A DNA stretch of 64,000 bases, from positions 5,646-69,645 of the forward strand of contig WFOE01000088.1 in the NCBI GenBank assembly GCA_015488215.1, given 5' to 3'. The stretch's first letter is position 1; every line of letters starts with the position of its first letter. The translations under genes and the position numbers were made by a program. Positions 27,948 to 37,577 of this stretch are shown in pieces. The notes below the pieces were generated by a model. It did no database searches and was not told the DNA's origin. It saw only the letters and a program-made list of their open reading frames with translations. The stretch is from Planctomycetales bacterium. GTDB taxonomy: Bacteria > Planctomycetota > Planctomycetia > Pirellulales > S012-138.

Positions 27948-29534
27948 TCAGAGACGCAGGTCGGTATACAGCGGCAGGTGGCGGTAATAGACTTCCAAGA
28001 TGTAGATCGAAAGGCAGGTTACGTAGAGGCGGCCGCCTTGGGGGCCCCAGTAGTCGCTTCGGGGGTCCCAACTGCCCGCTTCGGGCCCTTCCTTGGTCTG
28101 GTGTTCGACCAGCAGGTCGCGCATGATGGAGTTCCATTTTTTCCAGGCGTCGCCACCCATGTGATGCATCATCTGAGTCGCATAGTACCAGTAGTACACA
28201 TTGCGTTCGCTATCGTTCCACTGAGGCAGGTTCTGCGGTTCCAGCAGGTATTGCACGCCGTTTTGCAGGCTTTCGTGGTTGCGGGGCCAGCCCAGGTGCT
28301 GGCGGCACAGCAGCGCCTCGGCCGTCATCACACGGGTGGGTTCTTCGTCGGGCTGGTAGGAATAGCGGTCGCGGGCGTCGTTGGCGGCAACACGGTCGAG
28401 AAACGAGCTGGCTTTCCGGAACACTTCGTCCGGGACACTGATGCCGGCCATGCGGGCACTTTGCAGGCCCATGAGCACCCAGCCGGTGACCGAAGTGTCG
28501 CTGTCGATGGCCGGCTTGTAACGCCATCCGCCCAGGGGAGCCTGGTGTTTGATGCAGTACTGCACGGCTCGTTCGGCCGGATCGAGCAGCTTGGGGTCCT
28601 TGGTCATTCCGTACAGCTCGCACAGCACAATGGTGCACTGCCCTTGGGTGTAGAAGGTGTGGCTGGTGCTTTCCACGGGGAACGAGCCGTCCTTGCGTTG
28701 GCGGGCCAGCAGCCACTTGATGCCTCGGGCAACCTGGTCGCGGTAAGTTCCCCGGCGGTGCGTGTGGCCGCTGCCCTGAAAAGCCAGCAGGGCCATGGCG
28801 GTAGCGGCCACGCGGTTTTCGCGGTAGCCCCCGTTTTTGTAAGGGCCGGTCAGGCTCCAGCCGCCGTCTTTTTGCTGTTGGCGGGCCAGCCACTTGAGCC
28901 CGCGGCGGACTGCTTCCTCGCTGAGTCGAGTGCCTCCGTAACGGCGCAGCAACGCCCGCTTCATCCCTTCGCTGCGGCCCATCAACGCCATGCCGATCTG
29001 GGGAGCGGCGATGTCGCTGGTGGCCCCGGGAGCGGTCTCGAACACCGACTCCAACTGCGGCGGAGCGGCAAAGGGGTCGTCCACTTCCAGCGTGCTTTCG
29101 GGAGTAAGAACGGATTCATCGACCGGCTCGTTCAGATTCAAATCGACCAGGTCGTCGGCGTCTTCGTCGCCCAACTGATCGTGGTAGAAGTGGGCTTCCA
29201 GGACCGGCTTTTTCGGCGGCGTGAAGACCCAAATGCCCAGCAGGATCATCATTACTAAGTGCAGCACCATGCTTAGCATCCAGGGCGGGGAAGCGGCGAG
29301 GAACTGCCGGAACAGAAGTACCCTGTCCTCTTCGTCCTCGGGCAGATGGGGCGGGACGGTTTGCGACGCGGCCACAGGTCGGGCAGGGCTCACAGCCCTC
29401 GGCACCGCCCGCGGGGGGCCAGAGGGCACTGCCGTTCTGCTCCTTCCCGGGGGCAGAGGTGCTGGACTCGGAGGGACTGGGGGGCGGCGTCCTCCTTCCG
29501 GCGGAGGCGGGGCCGGGGAACCGTGAGTGGACAT
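27948..29534 (-). CDS. prenyltransferase/squalene-oxidase repeat-containing protein, membrane-anchored
   Basis: Pro-rich N-terminus, one TM (WMLSMVLHLVMMILLGIWVF), then repeated ...L..QQ..DGGW... units (WLARQQQKDGGWSL, WLLARQRKDGSF, IKHQAPLGGWRY). Confidence 0.82.
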   Translation of the reverse strand: MSTHGSPAPPPPEGGRRPPVPPSPAPLPPGRSRTAVPSGPPRAVPRAVSPARPVAASQTVPPHLPEDEEDRVLLFRQFLAASPPWMLSMVLHLVMMILLGIWVFTPPKKPVLEAHFYHDQLGDEDADDLVDLNLNEPVDESVLTPESTLEVDDPFAAPPQLESVFETAPGATSDIAAPQIGMALMGRSEGMKRALLRRYGGTRLSEEAVRRGLKWLARQQQKDGGWSLTGPYKNGGYRENRVAATAMALLAFQGSGHTHRRGTYRDQVARGIKWLLARQRKDGSFPVESTSHTFYTQGQCTIVLCELYGMTKDPKLLDPAERAVQYCIKHQAPLGGWRYKPAIDSDTSVTGWVLMGLQSARMAGISVPDEVFRKASSFLDRVAANDARDRYSYQPDEEPTRVMTAEALLCRQHLGWPRNHESLQNGVQYLLEPQNLPQWNDSERNVYYWYYATQMMHHMGGDAWKKWNSIMRDLLVEHQTKEGPEAGSWDPRSDYWGPQGGRLYVTCLSIYILEVYYRHLPLYTDLRL

Positions 29535-29729
29535 TCTCTGTTCCTCAGAAAGAGGCCTGCGCAGGCGAAGTGAACCTAACCGGCAATGCCCCTTTCCTCC
29601 CTCCTTACAATGTACTGTCTCGCCGCCGCATCTCCAAGCAAAAGCGCCCCCCAGCAGGGCTTGCTCGCAGCAGAGGGACGCGGCACGCCAAAGCGGCCAA
29701 GCGGCTGTTCCGACCGGTCGGGCCCGAGC

Positions 29730-31058
29730 CTACGGGACAAACTCAGAAGGGCCGGAACGCCCCATCACTTCCATCAAAAACGGGGCGATCCGCGAGCTGC
29801 ACCACCCGATCCATCGTCCCCAGAGCATGAACCACCAGCCAAACACCACAGGCAGCAGGGCCCAAAAGGCCCAGAAGCTCAGCCAGGCTGCGACTTCCAG
29901 CAGCACGGTCAGTGCCGCCAGATACACCACCGGCACCAGCCAGGTAGCCAGCCAGGTGCCGGGCAGGGCCACCACACTCTGGAAAACGGCCGGCACGACG
30001 GGGATGGTTTGATTTTCGCTTACCTGGGAACCAATCATCAGCAGCGGCATCCAGAGATAGCCGCTTACGGCGAGAATGGCAAAGATCGCCCATTGGGGAA
30101 GAAAGAACAGAAACCAGAAGGTCAAAGCCACCGTGGCGGCCATTCCCAGGATTAAGTACCAGGCGACTTGCAACGTGTCCGCAACCCATTCGCCCGGGTC
30201 CAGGTCCACTCCGTCTTCCAGTTTTGGTCCCGCGTTGAAACCCGCCTCCACCAGATACGGAAACCACCCCCCAAGGATATAGGTGGCCGGTGCAACCGCC
30301 GCGGCCTGAGCCAAGTGGCGAATCAAACCGTAGAAAATGATGCTGTTGACCGCCAACCAGATCATCCCCAACAACAAGGGAACCTGGAACATCAGATAGC
30401 TTAGCAGTCCGCTGAAAGCCGCCGGGGTCGTCCAAGGGAACAAAAGCAAATCCCGCACGAGGTCCCAGGGGGGCAGCTCGACCATTCGGGTCTTCCAGGC
30501 CGCCAGCGCCTCCTCCACCGGGGTACTTGGCGGGGGTTCGGCCGGTTCCGGTGGAGGACGCCGCTGCACGCGTTCCAGGATGGCCGAGCGGCGATCGGGC
30601 ACCACTGGGGTGGCTTCGATTGGTTCCTCGGAGGATTCTTCCTGTGGGTCCATTGCCACGGCGTAGGGGACCGCCTCGCCGTAGATCATGCCCGGATCGT
30701 CCACCGGCTGGGGCATCAGCACCATGCGGCCGCAATCCGGGCAAGGGACTTCCTGGCCGGCCTTTTCCGCAGGGGCGGAAACCAGCGTTTCGCACAACGG
30801 GCACGTGGTCTTTACCACGCGGAGACCGACAATCTTTTCGTCCTGCCACCACTGGTCCTTGGCCAGCGGGATTGATTCCGACTCGCCCTGTCCGGGCTCT
30901 TCCTTCGGGGGCGGAGGCGGCTGGGGCACCGTGAGCAGATTGCCGCAAAACTCGCACGGCTGCGTCTGGCCCGCTTGCGACGCAGGGAAGAAGTTCGACG
31001 TCTCGCAGACCGGACACACGATGCTAACGTATTCCGGCCCTGAGTTCTGCCCTGTCAT
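29730..31058 (-). CDS. double zinc-ribbon, polytopic membrane protein (hypothetical)
   Basis: Start set at MTGQNSGPEYVSIV (minus-strand ATG 31058, 20 nt after the upstream stop). Two CPxCE...CxxCG ribbons (CPVCET..CEFCG; CPLCET..CPDCG), a Pro/Glu-rich linker, and at least 6 hydrophobic helices rich in Trp. Confidence 0.7.
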   Translation of the reverse strand: MTGQNSGPEYVSIVCPVCETSNFFPASQAGQTQPCEFCGNLLTVPQPPPPPKEEPGQGESESIPLAKDQWWQDEKIVGLRVVKTTCPLCETLVSAPAEKAGQEVPCPDCGRMVLMPQPVDDPGMIYGEAVPYAVAMDPQEESSEEPIEATPVVPDRRSAILERVQRRPPPEPAEPPPSTPVEEALAAWKTRMVELPPWDLVRDLLLFPWTTPAAFSGLLSYLMFQVPLLLGMIWLAVNSIIFYGLIRHLAQAAAVAPATYILGGWFPYLVEAGFNAGPKLEDGVDLDPGEWVADTLQVAWYLILGMAATVALTFWFLFFLPQWAIFAILAVSGYLWMPLLMIGSQVSENQTIPVVPAVFQSVVALPGTWLATWLVPVVYLAALTVLLEVAAWLSFWAFWALLPVVFGWWFMLWGRWIGWCSSRIAPFLMEVMGRSGPSEFVP

Positions 31059-31078
31059 ACAAAATCTCCGGCCGGACT

Positions 31079-34000
31079 CTAAGGAGCCGAATCGCCGCCT
31101 TGCAGCAACAGCTTCGCTCCCCAGGCAGGGGCGAACGTTTCCACCGGCACGGCAAAGCAGAACCGATGCCGACCGCGATCCAGCGCCAGGGCCAACCGCT
31201 TTTGCACCTGCCGCGGCTGGCCGTCCACCCACATTTGTACCCCACGGGTACGGGGAATTTCCAGCACCACGCGGCCCGGCTGGTCCAGGGTGACTTCGCT
31301 CCGCAGCACCACCAGATGCCGTCCCGACCCCTGGATCCGCAGCACGGGTACCTCTTCCCGCGGGAGCGTGCCGGCTACCGTGCTATAGATGCGCTTCCAT
31401 GAGAACTCCGGATGGTCCTGGGCGGCCAGTTGCAGGCTCTGTCGCCGTATCAGATAGAGCACGCGTCGGGTGGGCTGAAGCACTTCCCAGGTGCGAATCC
31501 ACGGCTCCCGGTTCACCTGGTAGGGGCCCAAGCGGCCCAGCTCGTACAGGAACCGCAGCAGGTCGATTAGTTCCTGCCGGGTCATCTGCTCGGCCAGACC
31601 TTCGGGCATGAGCGAACGGCCCTGGGCTCGTTCTTCAATCTGCGCTTTGGGAATCACGACCAGGCGATCCTCGGCGTCGCGCAGCACCAGCTCGCGCTGG
31701 TCTTCGCGGACGCGAATGCCGGTGTGGATTTTCCCTTGCGAGTCGATCACCACGAGCGAATGGTAGTTTTCCTTGATGGCCTTGTTGGGCACGAGCACGG
31801 CTTCGATGAGGTAATCCAGCGGCGAGGCTGCCCCGATGGAAGTCAAGTCCGGGCCCACGCGTCCCCCGGCCCCCGAGATGGCATGGCACCGCTGGCAGGC
31901 CAGGTCGGCTCGCCGGAACACGCGCTCGCCCCGGGCCGGATCCCCCTGGTCCAGGACGAGCCGGGCCAGTCGGGCTACTTCTTCCTTGCTTGGCGGTGGG
32001 GTCTTTTCGCCCACACCACCTGCCCGGCGAAGCTCGGCTTCCAGTTCCGGCGGCACGCGAGCCGCGGTGCGGGCCAGACGCAGACCCACCTTGGCCACTT
32101 CCTTGGGCAAGCGTTTGCCCCGGAGGGCCTGGGTCAGCAAGGCCGCTCCGTTCTGTCGGGCCAGGAACACCTGGAACACCACGGTCGGATCGCGGTCCTC
32201 GGGCCAGCGGCCCAGCAGCTCCACGGCCGCGGTGGCGGCATCGCGCGGAGCACGTTGGAGCAGCACTTCCAGAGCGGCCTGCAACACGCGGGGGTCGGCT
32301 TTCGGCGAAAGTGCCTCGTGGGCCAGTTTGCGCCACGGGGGCAACTGCAACGCGGCGGCTGTGCGTAAGCCCTGCGCTTGCACCTGCGGGGGCGCGGACG
32401 ACGAACGAACCAGTTCCACCACCGTCGTGGCCCCTTTGCCTTCTTTCCAGGCCGCAAGCAGTTCCAAGGCGGCTACCAGCTCCGCGGCATGTTCTGCCGG
32501 AGCCTCGGCCCAGCGGCGCAATTGGTCCAGCAACGGGCGCCGATCCACCTGCGGCACCAGCCTCCGCGCTCGGGCCGCCTGGGCCAGCCCTTTGAGCAGG
32601 GCCACACGGACTGATGGCGGTAGTTCCTGGTCCCCCGTGGCCGTCCGATACACCTGGGCCAACTGGGGGGCCGAGCCGTGCCGTACCAGCAGCCGCAGCG
32701 CCTGGGAAGTTTCTTCCGGCGCAAGCCTGGCCTGGGAGAGCAAACGAAGCACCACCGGCACCCCTTCCGCCGAATCCACCGCTTTCAGGGCGAACAGCAG
32801 CCCGGCAGCCGGATACCGCTTCAGTTCGGCCTGACGCAGCCGCGGCAGCCACACGTCCTGCGTTCGGCGGAACGCTTGCCAGAGAGCGAAGTCCAGGTAC
32901 TGGTCCAGCCCGCGTGTGTGAATCCGCACCAGCAAATCGAACCCGCGCGGGTCATTCACTCCCGCCAGGGCACAGGCGGCTTCCAGGCGGACCAGCGGGT
33001 GGGAATCTTCCGCCGCCCTGGCCAGTAGCGGCAGCGGGTCCTTCACCACCGAAAGCATCTGCCCCAGCACACGCACCGCTCCGGCTCGTACCTGCGGCCG
33101 GGCGCTTTCCAGCACCCGGGCCAAGAGCGACCGGGGACACTGGTGCCACCCTTGGTAAAGCCACAGGGCTTCCAGCCGCAGCCGGTCGCCTTCGGCGCCC
33201 GCAGGAAGCCGGGCCACCCACGCCTCCAACGCCGCGGCCACTTCCTGCCGGGGACGCTCTCGCAACACTTGCCGGGCGTGGTATCGGGTCAGGTCCTCGG
33301 GGGCTCCGAGGGCCTGGAGCAGTTCGTCCACGCCGGCCTGGGTCCAATCGCGGCGCGGCAGCAGTTTGCGCCCCCGGGCCACCAGACGCCAGATGCGGCC
33401 GTGCTTGTGATCGCGGCGCGGGTCGCGGAAGTCCACCTCGCCGTGTTGGATAATCGGGTTGTACCAGTCGGCAATGTAGATGGCTCCGTCGGGCCCCATC
33501 TTCACGTCCACCGGCCGGAACGCCGCGTGGGTGGTCTTTATCAGTTCGGGCAACTCGCGCGACAGGTAGCCCGAGCCGTGCTCTTCCAGCCGAAACCGGC
33601 AAACGCGGTGGCCGCGGAAATCGTTCGTGACCAGATCCCCCACGTACTCCGGCGGCAGGTGGCGGCCGCTTAGCCGTTCCAGGCCGCAGTGTTTGGGACT
33701 GCCGGGGTTGAGCCCGTGCAACACCCGCCTTGCCCCAGGCGCGGAGAGAAACACCGCCCCGGGAAACAGGTAGTTGATCCCTTCGAACCCCGCCCCGTCC
33801 GTGGCAAACCACTGGCCCGTGGGCGTGTAAGCGTGTCCCCAGGGATTGACCAGCCCCCGGGTAAAGACTTCCAGCCGCTGCGTGGGCGGGTGGTAACGCC
33901 AGATGCCCCCGCCGCCCAGGCGGCGCACGCCCCAGGGGGTTTCCACGTGGCTGTGGATGTAGATGGACTGGTTGAAGTACATCCAGCCTTCCGGGCCGAA

Positions 34001-34534
34001 GCGGAAAGTGTGAATGATGTGGTGCGTATCCTCCACCCCAAAGCCGGCCAGCACCACCTGGCGGCGATCCGCCCGAAGGTCCCCGTCGGTGTCTTCCAGA
34101 TAGAGCAGCTCGGAACTGTTGGCCACGAAGGCTCCGCGTCCGCTGGGAAGCACGGCCGTGGGAATCAGCAGGCCCCGGGCGAACACCGTGCTGCGGTCCG
34201 CCCGGCCGTCCCCGTCCGTATCCTCCAGCACGATGATCTTGTCGTCCGGCTTCTGGCCCGGCTTGAGCTGCGGATACACCTGGCTGGTGGCCACCCAAAG
34301 CCGCCCGGCCGGATCGAAGTTCATGTGGATGGGCTTGACCACCTGCGGCTCGGCGGCAAACAGATTGAGCTCAAACTGCGGATCGACCACCAGGGCGGCT
34401 TGTTCCTTGGCCGGGTCGGGATCGGGAATGTGCTTCAGGTCCCGTTGGGCCCGGACTTCCCGAACCGCCCCCGCACAAAGCAGAAGGGCAAAACCCACCA
34501 GAAGGAACCATCGTCGGAACGCTTGTCGCATCAT
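31079..34534 (-). CDS. PVC-type heme-binding CxxCH protein (membrane-bound dehydrogenase-like propeller + HEAT repeats + cytochrome c domain)
   Basis: 1151 aa. Signal peptide; an N-terminal DGDGRAD-containing propeller region; a long helical-repeat middle; ACQRCHAISGAGGRVGPDL heme motif near residue 850. Confidence 0.88.
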   Translation of the reverse strand: MMRQAFRRWFLLVGFALLLCAGAVREVRAQRDLKHIPDPDPAKEQAALVVDPQFELNLFAAEPQVVKPIHMNFDPAGRLWVATSQVYPQLKPGQKPDDKIIVLEDTDGDGRADRSTVFARGLLIPTAVLPSGRGAFVANSSELLYLEDTDGDLRADRRQVVLAGFGVEDTHHIIHTFRFGPEGWMYFNQSIYIHSHVETPWGVRRLGGGGIWRYHPPTQRLEVFTRGLVNPWGHAYTPTGQWFATDGAGFEGINYLFPGAVFLSAPGARRVLHGLNPGSPKHCGLERLSGRHLPPEYVGDLVTNDFRGHRVCRFRLEEHGSGYLSRELPELIKTTHAAFRPVDVKMGPDGAIYIADWYNPIIQHGEVDFRDPRRDHKHGRIWRLVARGRKLLPRRDWTQAGVDELLQALGAPEDLTRYHARQVLRERPRQEVAAALEAWVARLPAGAEGDRLRLEALWLYQGWHQCPRSLLARVLESARPQVRAGAVRVLGQMLSVVKDPLPLLARAAEDSHPLVRLEAACALAGVNDPRGFDLLVRIHTRGLDQYLDFALWQAFRRTQDVWLPRLRQAELKRYPAAGLLFALKAVDSAEGVPVVLRLLSQARLAPEETSQALRLLVRHGSAPQLAQVYRTATGDQELPPSVRVALLKGLAQAARARRLVPQVDRRPLLDQLRRWAEAPAEHAAELVAALELLAAWKEGKGATTVVELVRSSSAPPQVQAQGLRTAAALQLPPWRKLAHEALSPKADPRVLQAALEVLLQRAPRDAATAAVELLGRWPEDRDPTVVFQVFLARQNGAALLTQALRGKRLPKEVAKVGLRLARTAARVPPELEAELRRAGGVGEKTPPPSKEEVARLARLVLDQGDPARGERVFRRADLACQRCHAISGAGGRVGPDLTSIGAASPLDYLIEAVLVPNKAIKENYHSLVVIDSQGKIHTGIRVREDQRELVLRDAEDRLVVIPKAQIEERAQGRSLMPEGLAEQMTRQELIDLLRFLYELGRLGPYQVNREPWIRTWEVLQPTRRVLYLIRRQSLQLAAQDHPEFSWKRIYSTVAGTLPREEVPVLRIQGSGRHLVVLRSEVTLDQPGRVVLEIPRTRGVQMWVDGQPRQVQKRLALALDRGRHRFCFAVPVETFAPAWGAKLLLQGGDSAP

Positions 34535-34783
34535 GGTGCCGTGCTTTGCAGTCTTTGGGGCTGAAGTTCCACTGTGCCAGAGTCGGGGGAGCTGGGCGCC
34601 TCTTTGGCAGCCCTGGGCGGATTCCCCCCACTCTTACCGGCCAGTGTACTTGGGAGTAGGGAAGCTGAATAGCTACGACACGTGCCGATTCGGGCGACTC
34701 CCTTGCCAAAACGCCGCCAGGGGCCAGAATCGAGAGCACCGGCCCGCGGGGCCGCAACCGCTCCTCTTTAGCGGAGAAACCAA

Positions 34784-35992
34784 GTGATGGACTGGCACGA
34801 CGTGCTCAAATCCCTGGTGGAAAAAAACGACCGCAAGATCTTGCTGCTGGTGGCCGACGGCCTGGGAGGGCTGCCGCTGGAGCCCGGCGGAAAAACCGAG
34901 CTGGAAACCGCCCGCACGCCCAACCTGGACCGTCTGGCCCAAGAAGGCACGCTGGGAATGAGCATCCCGGTCAAGCCGGGCATCACGCCGGGCAGCGGGC
35001 CGGGCCACCTGGGGCTGTTCGGTTACGATCCGCTGCGCTTCCTCATCGGCCGCGGAGCCTTGGAAGCCACCGGCATCGGCTTCCATCTGGAAGAACACGA
35101 CGTGGCTGCCCGCGGGAACTTTTGCACGCTGGACGCCCAGGGCAACATCACGGATCGCCGCGCCGGCCGGATTCCCACCGAGGAGTGCGTCCGCCTGGTG
35201 GAAAAGCTGCGCACGATCCGGCTTCCCGGCGTGGAGCTGTTCGTCGAGCCGGTACGCGAACACCGCTTTGTGCTCGTGCTGCGCGGGGAAGGGCTGGGCG
35301 ACGCGGTCAACGACACCGACCCCCAGGCCACCGGCGTTCCTCCGCTGGAAGCCCGCGGAGCCGACCCGCCTAGCCAGCGCACGGCCGAGCTGGTCAACCA
35401 GTTCGTGGCTCAGGCACGCCAACTGCTGGCCGAAGAACCGCAGGCCAACGGGCTGACGCTGCGCGGGTTTTCCGCCCGGCCCAAGCTCCCCAGTTACGAA
35501 GAACTCTACGGCCTGCGCGCGGCGGCCATCGCCGTGTATCCGATGTATCGCGGGCTGGCTCGTCTAGTGGGCATGGAACTGCTGGGCCAGCCGCAAAGCC
35601 TGGAAGACCAGTTGAAGCTGCTGCGCGAGAACTGGGACCGCTACGACTTCTTCTTCATCCACTACAAGTACACCGATTCCACCGGCGAGGACGGCAACTT
35701 CCAGGCCAAGGTGCAGAAGATCGAAGAACTGGACGCCGCCCTGCCGCAGATAACCGCCCTGGAGCCCGCGGTGCTAATAGTCACCGGCGACCACAGCACC
35801 CCCTGCAAACTGCGCAGCCATAGCTGGCATCCGGTTCCCGTGCTGCTCTGGGCCGATAGTTGCCGCACCGACCCCTGCCAGAGTTTCGGCGAAACCGAAG
35901 CGCTGCGGGGCGGACTGGGACAGTTCGAAGCCCAGTACCTGATGCCGCTGGCTCTGGCCCACGCCGGGCGGCTGGGCAAATACGGGGCCTGA
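34784..35992 (+). CDS. apgM: cofactor-independent phosphoglycerate mutase, archaeal (ApgM) type
   Basis: ILLLVADGLGG, ...GPGHLGLFGYDP..., VTGDHSTP motifs. Start GTG 34784 or ATG 34787. Confidence 0.88.
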   Translation: MMDWHDVLKSLVEKNDRKILLLVADGLGGLPLEPGGKTELETARTPNLDRLAQEGTLGMSIPVKPGITPGSGPGHLGLFGYDPLRFLIGRGALEATGIGFHLEEHDVAARGNFCTLDAQGNITDRRAGRIPTEECVRLVEKLRTIRLPGVELFVEPVREHRFVLVLRGEGLGDAVNDTDPQATGVPPLEARGADPPSQRTAELVNQFVAQARQLLAEEPQANGLTLRGFSARPKLPSYEELYGLRAAAIAVYPMYRGLARLVGMELLGQPQSLEDQLKLLRENWDRYDFFFIHYKYTDSTGEDGNFQAKVQKIEELDAALPQITALEPAVLIVTGDHSTPCKLRSHSWHPVPVLLWADSCRTDPCQSFGETEALRGGLGQFEAQYLMPLALAHAGRLGKYGA

Positions 35993-36147
35993 CCGCCCCG
36001 TGTGCGCATGAGGCCATCAGGGCGTTTCGTTCGGCGGCGGCTGCGCGTCGCCCCTGCGATTGCCGCCCGGACCGCGGCTTGCCCAGGCGGCGGCAGAAAT
36101 CCTGCGCGGGCACAATGGGCTAGCCGTCCGGTGAGCTAGGGGCCGCT

Positions 36148-37188
36148 TTACATCAAACAGTGCGCCGGCGCGGCCAGGTAGAACATGGCCTCGAGCATCC
36201 CGTTGTCGCGCGTTACAAGCGGGCTGGGCACCGTGATCACCAGCGGCACCTGTTCGGGCTTTTCTTCCTGGGTGACCAGGTACCGGCCAATGGCCAGGGC
36301 CCAAAAGTGGATGAGGCACACCGGGTTCACGGTGGTGGCTTGGAGCAGCCCTTGTTGCACTCCTTCCAGGCCGTGCCGCTGGCCGTCCACGCCGACGAAG
36401 ACCATCTTCTCGTGCACCGTGCCCTTGACCGCCGGCACGCAGGCCAGGGCCATGTCGTCGTTGTGGAAAAAGGCTCCGGCGATTGGCTCTTCGTGCTGGG
36501 CGATGATGGCCTGGAAGGCGTTCAGGGCCTTTTCCTTGTCCCAATCGCACCAGCGCACCCCGCCGCCGACCACTTCCACCTGCGGGTATTGTCGCAGCAC
36601 CTGCTCGAATCCGCGGCGGCGTCCCTGGGCTCCGCTGTGGGCGGCCAGTCCGCCGATGTGGACCACCTTGCCCCGGCCGCCGATGGCTTCCATCAGGTAG
36701 CGCGTGCTGGTGCGGCCCATGGCTTCCTGGTCCGGGCCGATGTGGCACCAGACGCCCGTGCTGCGCATTTGCTGCCGCGGCACCAGTTCCACGTCCATCG
36801 AGATAACCGGCACGCCGCGTTTTTTGAGCTTTTGCACGGGGGCTTCCAGCGGCCCGGTCTGCACGGCCTGGAAGCAGCAAAAGTCCCAGTCCTCGTGGAC
36901 GATAAGGTCAATCTTGTTTCGCTGCCGCCCGGCGTCCAGCTCCCCGTCAATCCACACCAGGTCGATCCCCAGCAGCGGAGCCCACAGCTCGGCCGTGGTT
37001 TTGCCCAGGGCGCACCAGGTGGTCTTCAACCCCGCGTTGGACATGGCCACGCGCAGCCGCCGTTGCTGCTGGCCGCCACCGGGTTGCCGGGATTCGGCAC
37101 GGCAGCCGGAAAGCAGCAATCCGGCTCCCAGCCCTGCGGAAGCGGCAACGTTTTTCAGAAACTCGCGTCGAGGGGTGCTGGATTTCAT
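36148..37188 (-). CDS. periplasmic-binding-protein type I (sugar-binding-like) lipoprotein with Tat signal
   Basis: Start moved to MKSSTPRREFLKNVAASAGLGAGLLLSGC (minus-strand ATG 37188). The body resembles RbsB/LacI-type binding domains. No transporter genes are adjacent. Confidence 0.75.
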   Translation of the reverse strand: MKSSTPRREFLKNVAASAGLGAGLLLSGCRAESRQPGGGQQQRRLRVAMSNAGLKTTWCALGKTTAELWAPLLGIDLVWIDGELDAGRQRNKIDLIVHEDWDFCCFQAVQTGPLEAPVQKLKKRGVPVISMDVELVPRQQMRSTGVWCHIGPDQEAMGRTSTRYLMEAIGGRGKVVHIGGLAAHSGAQGRRRGFEQVLRQYPQVEVVGGGVRWCDWDKEKALNAFQAIIAQHEEPIAGAFFHNDDMALACVPAVKGTVHEKMVFVGVDGQRHGLEGVQQGLLQATTVNPVCLIHFWALAIGRYLVTQEEKPEQVPLVITVPSPLVTRDNGMLEAMFYLAAPAHCLM

Positions 37189-37332
37189 CGGCCTGAGCTC
37201 GTGCAGGAAAGAGACGGAACCGTGTCGGGCTTTCTCGTAAGTGTCCAGCCAATAATCCTTCTTCTTTAGTCCTTCTTGCAGCGCGCCGCCAGACAATTTT
37301 GCTCGGCGTTGGTGTGTGTTGGGTTTCTCCTC

Positions 37333-37577
37333 GCCCGGGCGAGCCTCGTACTTCCCCGGCGAGCCCCGGACTTCGGACTTCAGTCCGGGAGGCAAGAGGA
37401 AACGCTTTTCTGTGGTTTCTTCTCCGGGAACTGAAGTTCCCGGCTCACCGAGTGCGAGAATTGGCGCTTGTTCTTGCATTGGTGCGGAAGCACCTTGCCC
37501 AAGACACAAGACCCAAGACGCAAGACTTCCCGGAGCGGAAACTCTCCCCCCATCCCCCCACGCCTCCACGCCCTCCC
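37333..37577. repeat. mosaic hairpin-repeat family copy (site R3)
   Basis: GGCGAGC-hairpin (with a ggacttc duplication), ccgggaac-tgaa-gttcccgg, a GAGAAT..TTCTT stem, ggtgcggaagcacc, four NCAAGAC heptamers (37499-37526), and a C-rich tract abutting the stop codon of the next gene. Confidence 0.85.
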
